NCBI GenBank assembly: GCA_030704615.1
Contig: CM060731.1
Span: 29,140,001 to 29,204,000 of the forward strand
Length of the DNA stretch: 64,000 nucleotides
DNA from: Takakia lepidozioides
Taxonomy: Eukaryota; Plantae; Bryophyta
Direction of reading: 5' to 3'
Made by a program: the position numbers and the translations under genes. Positions 37,201 to 52,535 of this stretch are shown in pieces. Under the pieces are notes generated by a model. The model ran no database searches. It was given only the letters and a program-made list of their open reading frames with translations, and was not told the origin of the DNA. Each line of letters begins with the position of its first letter. Within the stretch, counting starts at the first letter, position 1.

Positions 37201-40200
37201 ATCATGAAATGTGGAGCAATAGGACCCCGCTACGTCTTAACTAGTATTTTTTCCCCCTTTTTTTCATTTCATTCCAAGTCCATTTATTTGAATTTGGGGA
37301 GAAAATAAAGAAAATTCCAATGGGGTGTGGGAGGTTGGGTAGTGCATGAGCATGCTCACGTGAGCACAAGGGCATATTCCCTGAATTTCCATGAAATTTC
37401 CACAGCGAAACGAAATTGGCGAAAGTAAGGGCGTAGACACATGAGAGGCAATCCAAGTGAATGGGAAAATGCCATTGGTAGAGGAGATTCTGGCCACGAA
37501 CACAGGGGATGAAGCATGTGCTAAGGGAAGCCGATGTGTCTAATGACGTGGAAGGTTTTGGAAGCCACAAGACTTCCGGTCACTTCCGGCTGGAAATGTG
37601 GCGCACCCCTCTAAGAGTTTTTGTCCTAGAGTGAATTGCAAGGGCCCACCATCGTCTTATTTCTTCTTGATCCTCTTTGGCTCCTCTTTAGCTTGTTGCA
37701 ATGAAGATCTAGACCTTTGATGGTTTCCATGGAATCAGGGAAATCCACCAACGAAATGTCTACCAACTTCCACTCGTGTGTTTTTTGCAACATCCACCCT
37801 TGCATATGTGTCACTTTTCATTGGAAAAGTGGGTAGAAGAAGGGGTGTCCGACTACCACTTCCACTGTCGCTCGTGAGAAAAGGGCCTAACAATTATGCG
37901 AAACTAACACATAAAAAACAAGTAGCCCCCATACCTGATGAACATGTTATCCTATAGGCGTGGCTTTTTCTCCGTAACAGGCGCGAGAGTGGGCAGTGAG
38001 GCTTCACCTCAAATTTAAGGTCCTTGCCTATGGATAATTTCACACGGCAAAACTCTGTACCAAACAACCCGAGAAGAAATCACACTGTAGTTGAAAGGAA
38101 GAATAAGTCACTAAATCCCCACCCACTCCTTTTAGATGTGGGATTGTTGAATGATGGGATTTCGTATAGGAAGTTTCAACTCAAGCTATACCACTAAGGG
38201 TTTCTCAATGCGAAACCCATCACTGCTTAGGTTTGTGCCTATATCACATATCATTTCTCAATGCGAAATTAGCCGCCGCCGCTATAGGTTTAGGATTTCT
38301 GGCTAACACTATTGAAGGTTTTTCCCCGCTAAATTGGAGCAAGATGTACCGTACAAATGCACCAGTCTTCTATACTTTGTACCCGCTTATGGTTTTGTTC
38401 CGTTTTGAAAACATATAACTCCTATGACCGAGGTTGAAAAACATAAAACTCCCGTGACCGTGGGTTGTGCTCACGCGAGCGCTGAGCGTGCTCATGCTCA
38501 TGTTGTGCTCACACTGGGCTCACATGATACCAACCCGGGCCGGGTGTGGTGAGTGGGTGCATTAGTGGACTGGAGTACTATTCGTAAGTATGGCCTCTGA
38601 ATTTTGTGTGGCCTCAATCCTGATGATAAACGGTAAGTTTTTAGGATAGAAGCACCCTTTATTACGCACAAAGTTAGATAAGTGTAATATTTTTTTGTGA
38701 TTTTAACCTATGAGGTCATGTAATACCTTAACATAAAGCTCTTAAGATAAGACAACTTTCTTTAGTTGAAAGTTAAGAGAGTCTGGCTTTATATGACATT
38801 AAAAGTGGTGAGAAGTAGGGGATGTCAATATTAGCCTATGGCGCACCTTGTTCCTATCATGACTCATTCATATCTCATTAATATCTTTTCTACTTGAGAT
38901 GGTAACAAAAAAAAAACCAAAAACACCATTGGAAAGTGCTTAATGTGCCCATCTTTTTGTAATTGGAGCAATTTGCATTAGAGGACAACTACCTATATCA
39001 ATTTAAGGGTAAAACAAGTGGGCCCATCATGGTGCACAAGCTATATTTCTCTTTAGGTACCTTGGACTTTAACCATTTTAACCATTGGAAAGCTCTTGAT
39101 GAGCCCCAACATTTTGTAGTTGGAACAATTTTCAGTAAAGTTCACTACCTAGGATAATTCGAGTGTAAAGTAAAGGATTAAATGGTGTATTGTAGTTCAT
39201 TCCTCTTTAGGTAAGCTTGCTGGCCTATCATGGCGCACCCCAGCCTAACACGTTCCAAACATGGGCATACTTTCTTGCACCATGGGCGTAACTTTTGAGC
39301 GCCACTATGGGGCACATGCACCATGAATGGTGCTTCTACCCTATTAAGGTTGAGGATAGCAGGATGCATGCTCAAGGTGGTAAGAAGGTGATGATGCTAC
39401 TAGGAGGTTGTGGGCTCCATTTCCTGTTGATGCTTGGTTTCTTGGTTGGCGAAGAATGAGAAGTCTATCTCCATGGAGGTGGTTCAGCCTATCTTTGCAA
39501 CTACCTTCATGAAGGAAATCTTGAGCTATAAATATTCCCAATCCTTGATGCATGCAAGTAGTTTGCTCCTATGTTAACCCTTCAATAACAAGTGACTTTT
39601 TTGGGTTATGCCAAAAACCAACCCAGGTTGCGAAATTCTGGCATATCTCCCTGGAAAGAAAACAAAAAAACAAACAATTGCAAATTTTGACTGGACTTTA
39701 TCTGCTCAATTACCAGTTGCACATACAGGTGGAATTTCAGACCAATCAAGCACAAATCCATGAAATTGTTGGGGGGAAAAATTTGAGAATTGGAGGTAAG
39801 TTATATTTTCAGTGCAGATTTCTAGATTTTTGCATGGTGGGATAATCTCTGAATGGAATGAAACTACTAATATTGCATCCCCATGAGATCTTGTATCCAA
39901 AGAGCTCAGTGCCACCTGATTTGACCCTATATGGAGGTCATGGTACTTGCTCAAAGCAGGGGGGTCTGTTTTGACAGTTTACATGAACCTCACAAGCATG
40001 CTTTCATACCATAATTCTGTAGCAAATACACCAGATGAAGGCACTTGCAAAGAACACCGGACACACACATGGTCAAGATTTTCAAGCTACCTATTGTGCA
40101 CGAGTGGGAATATTTGAACCCAGAGGCCTGTCCCCCCGCCCCTGTTGAATGCACCCCCACTTGGCAAGGGGACTACACTACGACATTTCTCTCCTACAAC

Positions 40201-41174
40201 ACGACAAATACACTCCCAATCTACATGTGTATCTGTCATACCCTCAGTGTGTCTAATGTACTCAAGTTCTCACAGCAAAACTGGCGGCCAGATCTAATAA
40301 AATTCCGCATTACAGGATTCTATCAAAATGACATAGTGTGCAGCAAAATTGGCTAGATCGCTCTCACAAAATTTGAGCACCTACTGAACTCTACAAAAAT
40401 GGCACTAAGAACATGTCCTTCTTGAGCACTCCAAGCTTATCTTGGCCACCAATCCTACATCACAATAACATCAGTCCAAACAATACTATTTTGTACTATA
40501 ACTAACCAAGACTCAATCTTTCTTTCTCTCTCTAGTCAAGGCTCAATTAGTACGTGCGTTTCAATGCCAAAGGGCAAGCATACTATGCTATTGAAAAATA
40601 GACTCAGCACCATGATAACTGCAAGGCAGGCACTTCCTCCATGTCAGTACAACCATTGACACAAACAACAATGGATGATAAATAAATAAAGTTACAAATG
40701 CACATGCAGGCATACCGGGTTCTGATGTTCGACAATTGACTTTCCGAAACACATTGACACATCTCCACAAGTGGTACAAAAGTACCTCTTGCATAGTGAC
40801 TTTATAAGTATAAACAAGAAGGGAACCAGCAACAACAACCTGCAACTGAAGCAAAGGGGGGGGGTGGTTTGGTAGAACGTGAGCACACCGGTGAGCACAG
40901 GAAAATGCAGGCGTGAGCACAAAAATACGGCAATAGGGTACCCATGTTTGAACCACGGAAATAGAATACACGCGAACAGGTTCCTACACGTGAAATAGGG
41001 ATTTTTGTGCCTATTTCTGTCCCTAAACAGACACCCCTAGTGTATATCTACAAGCTCAAAGTTCCAAATATTTACAGCTTCGGTATCCTACAAACAAAGT
41101 CACAATAACCTACACCATCCAAAACACACAAATACCAAACAATAATTGAAGAATTTAATATAATGAGGTAAACA

Positions 41175-41330
41175 ACGGGTTTCGCCAACGAAATAAATCA
41201 AGGTATCGGATTTCACCAACGAAATAAATCAAAGATATCGGATATTGCTAGCGAAATAAATCAAGGTATTAGGTTTCACAAACGAAATAAATCAAGATGT
41301 TGAGTTTTGCCAGCAAAATTTCAAGGTATC
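41175..41330. repeat. Minisatellite, ~31-bp unit, about 5 copies
   Basis: GGTATCGGATTTCACCAACGAAATAAATCAA variants. Confidence 0.85.
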
Positions 41331-44300
41331 GTTGCGTAGGTCATTATCCAATGGTTAAGTGGACGAAACAAAATGAGTTGTGTTTGGTTTTGCGTATAAG
41401 GGACGACGTGAGGTTATTTTATCGCTAACGAATTGTTACATGCTTATTTGCGGTAGGTCATTATCCATGCTTTCGTAGGCGAAACAAAATGAATTTGGTC
41501 TAGTTTTTTATTTATTTTTTAAATTTAGAGAACAGGGGTCAGAGGCCCTGATACCAATATTATTTATTTATTTTTTGTTTTGTTTTTTAAAAAAAAAAAA
41601 GGGGTCTGGCCCTGGAAGCTTTATTTGGAATTATTGAAGGGGAAAAAAAACCCATATTAGTGATTGCTACCAGCGTCAACTGCACTTGAATAAATATGCA
41701 ACCATTAATCAACGAACAATGTTGAGAATAGCGTGGAAAAGCCAACTTTCTAGCAGGAGAGGAAAGAAAAAAAAAGAAAAAAAACCCCCTGGCTGCCTCC
41801 TGAAAAACCTAACCCTAACATGAGTTCGGATCTGACCAGCCACCACATCTGGATCCTATACCAGGCAAGGAACAACATATTTGAATTCCAGGGAGATTTT
41901 GAGCAAAAACAGAAAATTTCAAGGAACTTTCCTATCTTTGAGGCCCAAAATAGACCACTTGTCGGTTAAGGGTTAAATGATGCGGTGGGTCCCACAAAAT
42001 TCAGAGGCGTAAGTATGCCTATTTTTTGGGATGACATCATATGGGTTGGATGGATGATATCTCCCCAGCTGTGTGATACCCTGTTCACCTGCAAGGAAAA
42101 AACTGTTTTCACGTTCACACTTCACACTCTTCACACTCTTCACACGTGTGCATCCGAGGGTTACCAATCCCACCTTTCATCCAAAAGTTTCATCCAAATG
42201 ATGACGTGAATATATGTCGGGTAATATATAGCTTTGTACTTTCGTACTTTGAACTTGTTTATTTATTTCACAGCCTGGATATGTCGGACTTAGGCTACTC
42301 AAAATCTCAAGTATTTGCATTATCAACAGCAGGCACCGCCCCCTTTACCCCACAAAAACCAATAAACCAAAAAGTCACTGCAGTTTGACCCCAGAATCAG
42401 TTTGACCCTGTCTCACTGCAGTAGCAGGATTTGACCCCAGAATCATCTCAGTGCACTTTACCAACTGAGCTACTGACTGTTGGTCAGTTTCTTGTTGTTT
42501 CTAACCCCCCAAAAAAAGTTTTGCAATTTCAAAATATTCTAGGGATTTTCTATTTTTTTTCTCTTTTTTTCCAAGTTGCTTGAAACTTTATATATTTAAA
42601 TTTAAAAAAAAACTGTCGGTAGTACCACAAGTCCGTCGTTCGCACCCAGGAAATTCTGGGTTCAAATCCTGGATCCGCACCTTTTTCTCCTAAAATTATT
42701 CTTAAGAAGAAATCCTGCTTCTTTGGTGTGGTACAATCTGTCCCTTCCATTTGGGCGGTGACCCATGAGCCTTGTGCGGGGCGCACTACTTTGAAAGCGG
42801 AGGGTTAATTTCTCCTGTCACTGTAATTAAGGGGCCTGATTTGTGAGCGGTAGCTCCCCGGGTGTTTCCTTTACTAAAAAAACCCCAACAAAACCGAAAA
42901 TTCAGCTGCTCTCTCATATGAGTTCTTGGCAGTCTTGTCTCCCTGCATGCCCCATAGCTCAATAGGAAAGCTTAATTCTTCTCCCCCTCCTCTGTAAAGC
43001 GCCTGAACTGTGAGCTGTCTCTATATATATACATATGTACAACAGCTTCGTCCCGGTATGTGCATGTGTGTATATATATATAGGCTGCTGTCACGCCCTC
43101 GTCCCTGCGGCCAAATGTTTTGACAAACAGGGCGGCTGCGGGCTTGGTACGTGCGGGGAACGCTGCGGCTGCGTAGAGCGCCGGCAGGCCTGTCGTTTAG
43201 CGCTTGGGAGCAGTGGAAGTGTGAACAGGGCCGGGAGGCGAGGCGGCAGGGCCCACCTCACATTCAATGTCGCTGGGGCCTCGCTGGATGCCAGAATATG
43301 CACGCTGCAGTCGGTAACTTGGCTCCCAGACCACTCAGTGTCTGTTTTCCCTTGGGTGGTACCGACTGAACCTTGTCAACTTGGCAGCAGGGTTTTGTTT
43401 TTGTTTTCAAGGCAAACATTAATTCACCCAAAGAGGGCTGTGGCCCGGTGGTAAGTCACTCGTGTGTTGGCCTTTGGGTTTGGGGTTCAAATCTGTCTCT
43501 CTGCCTTCTGGCTGGGGCTCTGCCCCTGAAATGCCTCCATGGCTCAGAAAGTGGGTTACTTCCAGTGAGATGGACTGGTATATATATTGGTATAATGCAC
43601 TAGTATTTGATACCAGACCAGTCTGATGTCATTTGGGAAAATACTTGGTCATATACCACCAGACCTCAGTTTTTTCCATACGAGCCACAATACCAGCACC
43701 CCCCCCCCCTCTCCCTCATTTACTCTGGTATGTGTACTATACTAATTTATACGTACATATGCCTACATACTTGTATGTATGTATATTTACTTCTTTATGT
43801 GTATTTTATTTGTTTTCACTTGATACTTCCGATTTGATAACTTGTAATTCAAGATGGCTTTGGAATGATACCAACTTTTGATATCGCATACCAGCTGGTA
43901 TTGTGGTCATGATACTCATACTCCTACCAATATCTGGAAAAACATACATCCACCATTATGTGCACCAGACTGGTATGAAAGTTCTGTGATACATCTAGTA
44001 CCAGGGCCAGACTGGTATGTAAAAGTCCAACATTGGTTATTTCCCCCTCCAAGGCCCAGTTGCTGAGGCTGGTGTTTCTTTGGAAACAAATAAATAAAAA
44101 ACTTCACATAACATTCGGGTAGTACATTTCCCATCCCCATGGGCCCCATTGGTACGTAAGGTGTGGGAAGAATCATACAGTATAAATATGACCACAAACC
44201 CTATCAATTAAAAAGACACTGCTTAGGAATTGGGGTACATGTGCAAACAGAAGAGGACTCAAGCCCCCACATCAAAAATCAAGTTTGTCAAGCATACTAG

Positions 44301-45939
44301 GTTTCACAATTCAAATAACTCAAATGTTATGATTGACTTTTAGAAGATTTTCTCCAAAAAAGAAAATAGAAAGAAAAGTAGGAACGTGGACAGACGGAAG
44401 ATTGTTTGCATGACATCTACTATTTATGCGAACTCGGGTTGGTGTCATCTCTTTCTCTTTCCATTACGTTGGTGACATTCAGATTGTAAATATTTAGGCA
44501 TATTCACAAGAAAGCATGGTCTTTGAGAACAATCTGATCATTGTTCATTGTTACGAAGTTTGCGTGAAAGAACATACATATTTGTCCATATTGTGTTCTC
44601 TCATCTTCCTATGCTGCTTCCATCTACACTACAACATTGCTAAACCATGCCTGACCATCAAAATTAGTGTTATGCATGGCCCAGTCAGCAAATCGTTCAG
44701 TCACTTCGATAGATACATCTTGAATACCTCTATTTTAACAAAATATACTCCCTCAACCCTCACTCTCCTTTCTTCTCTCCCAATGGTTAATGCACCAATA
44801 TCAACTCAAGCTGGCCAATACCCAAAATGAAGAATTAGGCCGCTAAACTACCTAAGGGGTGTACAAACTTGATAGTAGCTCCATCAGATCTCTGTCGATC
44901 TAAAACTAATTTAGTGGCAATTTCTATGAAAGTGTCTCTTTTTCTTCTTCTCGTACTGGTTCAATGCCTATGGCGTCTAGATTAATATTTTTTTCGAGTA
45001 TGTATTAGTTGTTTGCCTATGACAAATAAACTATCGTGAAATACATGTACTGGAGTGGACTCGAATCTTAGCTCTTGTTGGCTTAACAATGGAGGTGGGA
45101 GAGAAAATAACACTAGTGAGATAGTGCTACACTCAATTTGTTTTTGAAGAATTGAAGTAATGATGGGACAGACTAATATATGGGCACACATGGGGAGGTG
45201 ATGTACATTAACATGATAGTCTATTTGATCAAGATTTGGGCAAAATTAGGGGATTGTGTAGGACTCACTTCAATTTTTTAGTGCCGACTTGTAATTGGGT
45301 ACAATTTTAGTAGTTGCAGGACATTGTATTATGTGAGTAGTTACAAAGATGCATCTAATGGTTATTGGACATATTGGACAATTGGCTTTGTGGCGACCAC
45401 ATTTTAATTTACTAATGTACAATAATAATAATAATGCATATATATATATTATAAATATGATAATGTTAATAGCTAATGAAATGTCGAAATCCTTTAAATT
45501 GGATTTTGTCTCTTGTCTGTATTTTAAATAATAGAAAATATAAATCTATTACCATTTTTTTTTAATTTTAAAATTTTACTTGTTAAGATTTTGATGTGTA
45601 ACTACTTTCATAGAACCCACCCTTGACAGGGAGCAATGGCCATAAAATGAAATGGCTCTTAATTACGTCACTTCTAGCCAGAATTGTTTTTTTATAATAA
45701 AAATAATACCAATAATTGATTTAATAATACTAATTTATAAACATCCGTTTTTACTTCATTTAAATTTAAAATATATAGAAATATTGAGCCATATAAGAAC
45801 CAAAAAAAAACTCTTGCCAAAGCACACATAACTTCATATAGTTTCACATTTTTCTGAAAAGACTACTACCTTCCGTTTGGAAATTAAACACCTTCTTAAT
45901 GTGATAAGCGAGGCGACGTGGGAGAGTAAGCTACAACAG

Positions 45940-46310
45940 ATGAAAGTTTTTATGACTGCACATATGACTATTTTTTCAGTCCTATATGCGTTCGTGACTA
46001 CATCACTCTGTAGTGAAAAAAGCCCTGTCATAGCGACTAGTCTTTATGACTACGTTTTGCAAGTCATAGCCGTGACTGCGTGCGTGGCACCTGGAGTTAT
46101 GCATAAGAGAGTGATGTAGTCACAACTCTATGACTTACATATGACTAACTATATGACTACATTGTCTGCTGAGCGTTGCCTACATGGAGAGGCTCTAGAT
46201 AAACACGTACACCACTGCGCAAGCGACACGTCACAACACCTGTTGCACTCCAGATATGACATGTGGCACTTAGACAGAATATATGACTAGCATATATGAC
46301 TACTTATCTT
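45940..46310. repeat. Cluster of ATGACTA/TAGTCA motifs around TGTAGTG; CACTA-like subterminal region
   Basis: More than ten ATGACT-type motifs in both orientations; the same motif recurs at 58735-58760. Confidence 0.45.
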
Positions 46311-47259
46311 TACACGTGGTGAAAATATGGATAAAAGAATGTCGTGTCATATAATGCCACGTATTCTAGATCGAGCAGGGTTTATGCCACGTGTCATCAA
46401 GAATGTTCTTTGAAAATAACTTAATAGTTTATATTTATAATTTTAAATTATTAAATTTATATTTATTTAAAAACAGGGGATAGCAGCTTGGAGATTTTTA
46501 TTAAATGGTATTATTGTTTAATTTAATAATGTTATATAAAATAAAATAGATTAAATGATTTAAATTCTTCATTACATGGTGAAATTCCGATATAAAAACA
46601 GAATGGACCCCTCTTGCATACTAGCAACCACAATAATGACAGTCAAAATAGACAAGTACAGGGGAATACACACCCTGTAAATTAATTACAAAATCCAAAT
46701 GAGACCACTGTCCCAATGGTTACCTCAAAGGCCACAAGGTCCAAAAATCCATGCCTGAAAAGGCCCAGTAAGCAAAAAATAAGCAAGCCCACACACATGG
46801 GTTGTAGTACTAGTTTGTTCTGGTGCTACTAGAATCAAGGACCCTGTTAAACAGTGCAATACTTCTTGATACGGTCGATTCTGATAACAGAGAAAAACAG
46901 GGTGAAATGTGTTGAAGAAGGTGCCTTGATTAAGAGTGCCTGATTTGATCAATTGTGCCGCTGTTGCTGCGGCTTCCAGTTGACCATCGACCCATGCAAG
47001 TTTCTTGTACCTATCCTTCCACAGGGAATCATCGGTAATCTGGAGCTTGAAATCCGGCCCTCTTGGATGAATCTGGACCCACACTCTATCCCTGCTCCTT
47101 CAGTTATCCATGCCCCTGCACAAATCATGCATACATCCTCGCCTTGCTGCTAGCAGCTGAGAATGATAGCCTAGAATTGCTTGAGCAAACACCCCAACCC
47201 TACTTATCACACTAGTTCATATGCTGGCTTACGTCTGCTTCCAAAAAACATTCACCTTT

Positions 47260-48918
47260 TGCCTCGATTGATAGCCCAAAGGTGGTCAACCAAGTCATTA
47301 CGTAGTTTATAATGAGCCGATGTACTCTCTATCTCCATTGTCCCTTCCAAAAGTGTTTGAAAGGTGATACCACGTCTAATCTATATAGGAGGTCGGGAAG
47401 AGACAATTAGAGGCTCCAAGTTGAGACCAGCCTCATTGAACTCAATGACCATGTTATGCAATATCACACAAGCTAGCATGATGTCCGTCATTGTAGATAA
47501 GTCCCACTGCTTGCAGGGGTTGCAAACAATAGCCCGACACGATTGTAGAACCCCGAGTGCGTGCTCCACATCCTTGCGCAGTGCCTCTTGCAAATTTGCA
47601 CGGAGTGTTATTGCTTCCCTCAGTTGCACGAAACACGACCACTTGGGATATATCCCATAGGTCAGGAGATAATAACGATGATACCGCACTCCATTAACCA
47701 CAAACCTGATATCATTAGCATCGGCACTTAGCATATCATGTATAGAAGGAGACCTATCCAGAACGTTGATATCATTGTTCAATCTAGGCATACCGAAGTA
47801 AACATGTCATATCCACAATGAAGAGTCCGCAAACGCCTCTAGTATGATGCTCTTGTGGCTTTCTTGTGGCCCTGTGCCAGCCCACCGGACATTTAGCCAA
47901 CTCCTAATGCATACAACCCATGGATGCAAACATCCCTCGAAAGCCTCTCGCTGCATTGATCTACATATGTTTCACCAAATTCTCCCTTGTAGGTTGTTGA
48001 AGGTAAGTGGATTGGAAACAAGCACGAATGCGTAAAACCTCTTCATACTTTCTATGGTTGTGTTGACCCCTAGCTGAACGTATGTATCAGTTGCATCAGT
48101 AGCTATACCGTATGCGAGCATTCTTAATACAAACAGTGCATGAATGCTCGACAACCTCATCAAACTTGCTGCATTCGGCCTCTGTGTGAATTAAGCATCA
48201 ATATACGAAGTGACAACATCCATGATCTTGATAAACAATGGCTTACTCATCCAAATTTGCATCTAAACAAACGCTCATCATACACAGGGTTGACATCAAA
48301 GTAATATCGAACAATCCTCTCATGTCCGTCACTCTTATCTCTCTGTATACTACCTCCCAATGGTCGACCTCCCCTCTTTGGAACAGACTCACTCTCTTCA
48401 AGCTCTTGTTGCTGTTGATCTAAGGTGAGGTTCATGAACAATTCTTCAGCAGAGTCTGATCCGTAAAGGTTAGTCTCAATAGAGGCTGCCAAGTTTTGTC
48501 TCCAAGCATTTGCCATTGCACTAGAACAAGCTGCAGGTAGTGCAGGCGAAAATGATAATCTGGTAATAAATGACGGCAATGGATCGCAGCTACAGATGTT
48601 GGAATGGAGCAGCAGTGTTTCCAGGCTATGGTGGAAGTGAGAATGTCGTGCGTCCGTAGGTTGCTGCTTGGGCAAGTGGCAAGTTGGCCGCTTGCTGGCA
48701 TTGTTGCCTCAACAAAAGCTTACACAAAGTTGTAAGGGCATGACCAGCAGAGCCTCACCAAACAGGCGCAAAACCGTCAACCGGGTGGGTCATTGTGAAC
48801 TTAAGTGTGTTAGGTTGCCGTAGATGTGGGGCACCTTATAAATTTTACCCCAATATAAAACGATAAAAACTCACCGTTGGATTTTTCCCCGTTTGAAAGG
48901 TCATAGGCCAACATGCCC
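47260..48918 (-). mobile_element. PIF/Harbinger transposase (Plant_tran-like) pseudogene with one probable TIR at ~48900-48918
   Basis: YFDVNPVYDERLFR, LRMLAYG, NNDINVLDRSP, YLLTYGIYPKWSCFV, RKDVEHALGVLQ, IMLACVILHNMVIE; the end reads CAACATGCCC followed by TAA. Confidence 0.9.
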
Positions 48919-51900
48919 TAACTCCACTTGGCGTCATCTCCTTCTAAAGAACTGGATCACATAAAGAATACACAAAAGCACATGTACACCAAAGACATCG
49001 TTTGTACATCCGAATCGTACCATGGTTTGTTTTTTTCATGTTTCAAAAATCGCCCCAAGTTAGGGCCACCTATCAATTCTACCTAGTGCCTGTGTGGCAA
49101 AAATAACGATGTGATAGGTTTAGAAAGGTGGCTATAAAACAGGTGGCACGTTTTAACAGGTCCACAATGGCACCTGATATTGCACTACGGGCGTTTCATT
49201 CTATTTCCAACCGCTCTATCCTAGACACACGCCATTACCCCGTTGCCTGGTCAGATCTCTTAAGATCTGAGCCGCCCATGTATCTACAACCTAGATGAAG
49301 ACAACCCACTTGAGCTAACCTCTATCAAATGGGAGTTCAAACCACTGTTGTACGGGTCCAGGTTTTGACCCGGCGAGTTGCCCAATCCAAAACCCGCTAC
49401 CCCGGGGGCAGCGAAGCGGGTCGGGTATGGGTTTTTAAGTTTAATAAATATATACATATATAGGTGTAGGATTTTTGAGGCAGATTCTGCGGTTTTAGAG
49501 GAAATCTAAAAACCACTATGCATGCTGGCGAAATATGCTTTGGCATAATGGTAGGCTTGATTTTGTACAGCCCGTTACAATGTCCAGCCAATCAGAGGCT
49601 GCAGAGCTGTTCATTATGCTCTTAAAATTATCGCGAGTTTGACTTTGTAAAATACCATTAAGGTCTATGGCCTTTGATTGACAGAATTAATACATAAAAT
49701 AAAATGTGGCACTTACCTTATATTTACACCACCTCTCCTCCCTCACTTGAGCTTCTAGGAGGTAATGCTCTTCCTCCTCTCTATGGTGTTTTGTTGGCTC
49801 TGTCCCGCAAGGGATAGAGGCATTGTGGAGACTTCTTGCCTAGGCGGAGCTAGGCAGAGAACGGAGAACTAGGCTTATCCATTAAGCCCTATGGAGGGTT
49901 GATGGGACCCGCAAGGGATATAGGCATTGTCATGGTCCATGACTCTGGAGACATCTTGCCTCGGGCGAGAACTAGAACTAGGCTTATCCATTAAGCCTAG
50001 TCTATGGAGGGTTGATGGGCATCTAGAAAAAGTATAAAACAACAACCCCAAAATCACCGAAGGACAGAGCCTCTTGTGGCACAGCTGCGGTTTTCTTGCT
50101 ATAATGATCGATGAGACATATCATTTTACTTACCATGTTTAAGAATCGAAATTGATGGGTGGAACTTAAATTATATTTTAATTATTGTGTCGTCATATAT
50201 ATAATTTGTGAAGGAGCCATATATATGTGTGGTACAACTTGAAAGAGTATGTCCCAAGATAAAGTTTGCCACTAGGATATGGTTTTCTTCCAGCCAGTTT
50301 TTTTTAATTGTAATTTATTTAATCAATTAATATAGACCCGGACCCGAACCCGTGAAACCCGGGCCAAACATCTTCTAAAGATTGAAGATACTAGACATAC
50401 TAAGTAAGTATGTCTTCTAAGGCAGCCCTTAACAAGAAGGAGTGATTACAATGAGATGGCATTGACTGGGAGGACAATTGTAAAGTCATCGATAATGAAG
50501 CCTCCAGGCCATTGTAGAGGTCTTTGAAATGCTTCGAATTGACGTCACGCTCGAACTCGGGGAAGGCAGTGGATGGTGGTGCGGATGTCTCGCTAGGAGG
50601 CGGGAGTAAGCTCGGTCCAGACACAACTGTCTAGCGTAGCATTGTTGTTTCCAGTTCAATGTTGTCTAGTTTCTTTTTAAATAATAATGAACATGATAAC
50701 TTAACTAAAATATAATAATCATATATATGTAGTCTGTTGTTACCTTAGTGACTCGCATGTCCAATCTAGCCTTGCCTTGCTACAATATTCTCCAACGTAT
50801 CACAATCATCCATCCTTGTAGTATTTGAACTCTCCATATTGGGACTTTCGAGTCCTTGGGGAGGGTTGGAAACTGCGTCGTCCGGTTATGGCAGATAGAA
50901 AGTGTCCACCTTCCAGATGGAAGGCAATAGTCTTTTGGAGATACCATAAGTTTCGCTAAATTCCAAAAGTCTTTCTCTATAAAGCTCACCTCGGAAAGGG
51001 CCGGTATCCGCAAGGGGAAAAGGCTATTATTTACACTAACTTTGGTTTGCGTCATATATGTATGTCTATCTCAATAACAATAACATTCCCTTCTCCGATC
51101 CATGATTTAAGGTCCAAGGATTCCAATCCATGCATATGCCCTGCTTTGGGCCAATAGAATTATAATCCGCACTAATCATACCACACTTAATTATAATTGA
51201 ACAGTGTTGGACAAGTGAATTTTGAGTTGTTGGTTTCTTTCTCCCAAATCTTCAACATTTCAATTTTAGAATTAATGATCTTCAACAGTAAGTAGCTCAA
51301 ATGGATAGTGCAATGTGTGCCACCCATGTGAATGGGGTTCAAATCCCTTTTTGAGTTTTAGTTATGTGGCCTTTGGGTCTCCTAAACCTAAACCCTCGTA
51401 TTCATATCCACTCAAATTCTCTCAAAACTTGGTGTACAACCATATGGCATCAAAATGAAGCAAAAGGAAGTGCAACCTAGATGTAATTTCAAACAGAAAA
51501 ATCAGAGTCGCATCGTACAAAAAGTGCGTTGTACAATGTGTGTGTTATATATAAAATACAATAGCATGTCGTGTCCACGTACAAAATATGTATATAGTCA
51601 CCTCTCTTGACAATAATGTTGGCCCATTGCAGCCGTTTGTCTTCATTGCAACACTCATCCACTCTCTCCCCCTCCCATCTCTCTTTGCTATGGTCCGAGC
51701 TTATCCTACCACCTAGGCAACTAATGGTTGGGCCGCAAACACCTCCCCTTCCTTACAATCTAGAAGGAATGCTTTTCTGTTTCTGATGCATGAAATCGTC
51801 ATTTGGCCCAATATGCATTTGTCATGTAAAGGACTTTCAATAAATTCTCTATGTATTCTGAGTAGGCTTACAATCCAAAATCGTAATGGTACATCTAGAC

Positions 51901-52535
51901 ACAATGGTTACGTATAGGAGAAGGCCAGCTGATGAGTCCCTTCCACTGTTTAAAAATGTGTGAATGAGTGTGGTAGCCTAAGCTAATGACGCTCAAAAAT
52001 GGTGGAAGCGCCTCATCAGCTGCTCTTCACCGACGTAAAAAAGTAACGTGTCCTTTCATAGCTCCCCCAAAATCGTCACCTTACAAATTTCTTAAGGCCC
52101 TAGGGGTCTTACACCTAGTGTAAGGTACTTCCTCCTATCAGGATGAAACTTCCCGTCTGAGAAAGTAACGATGTTAACAAAAGGAATTATTTTTGGAAAT
52201 TTTTTTACGCATGAATGCATGTTACAATGTGTAGCTTATACAATGGAGATAGTATGGACCATCAACCCCCACCAACCCACCCTCCAACTCCTCCTCATTT
52301 CTTTTCATCATCTTTCCAATAACATATTTTTGTTTAAAAATAAATAAATAAGATTGTAAGCTCTCTCAAACTGAATGAGCTCATGTACAAACTATGTACA
52401 AAAACTATACTAAGATGCTCATCAATTTGAGCTTTATTAAGTAAAATATTGTATACGATGTCAACAATTTGTTACATCGATTTTTTTTCTAAATGATTAA
52501 TCAACATAGCTAAAATGTGTAACTAAGCAGCCTAA

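Noticed and set aside
37626-37860. Possible SWIM/MULE-type transposase remnants (also ~51710-52000)
   Set aside because: Similarity too faint to support without a search.
39959-41037. Tourist-like MITE with GGGG.GTCTGTTT ends
   Set aside because: Only a 12/13-nt inverted match and no matching TSD.
42620-42680. True tRNA gene
   Set aside because: A T-arm/B-box is present but there is no D-arm or complete cloverleaf.
49340-50375. hAT-like element from ACCCG motif clusters
   Set aside because: No paired TIRs or 8-bp TSD identified.
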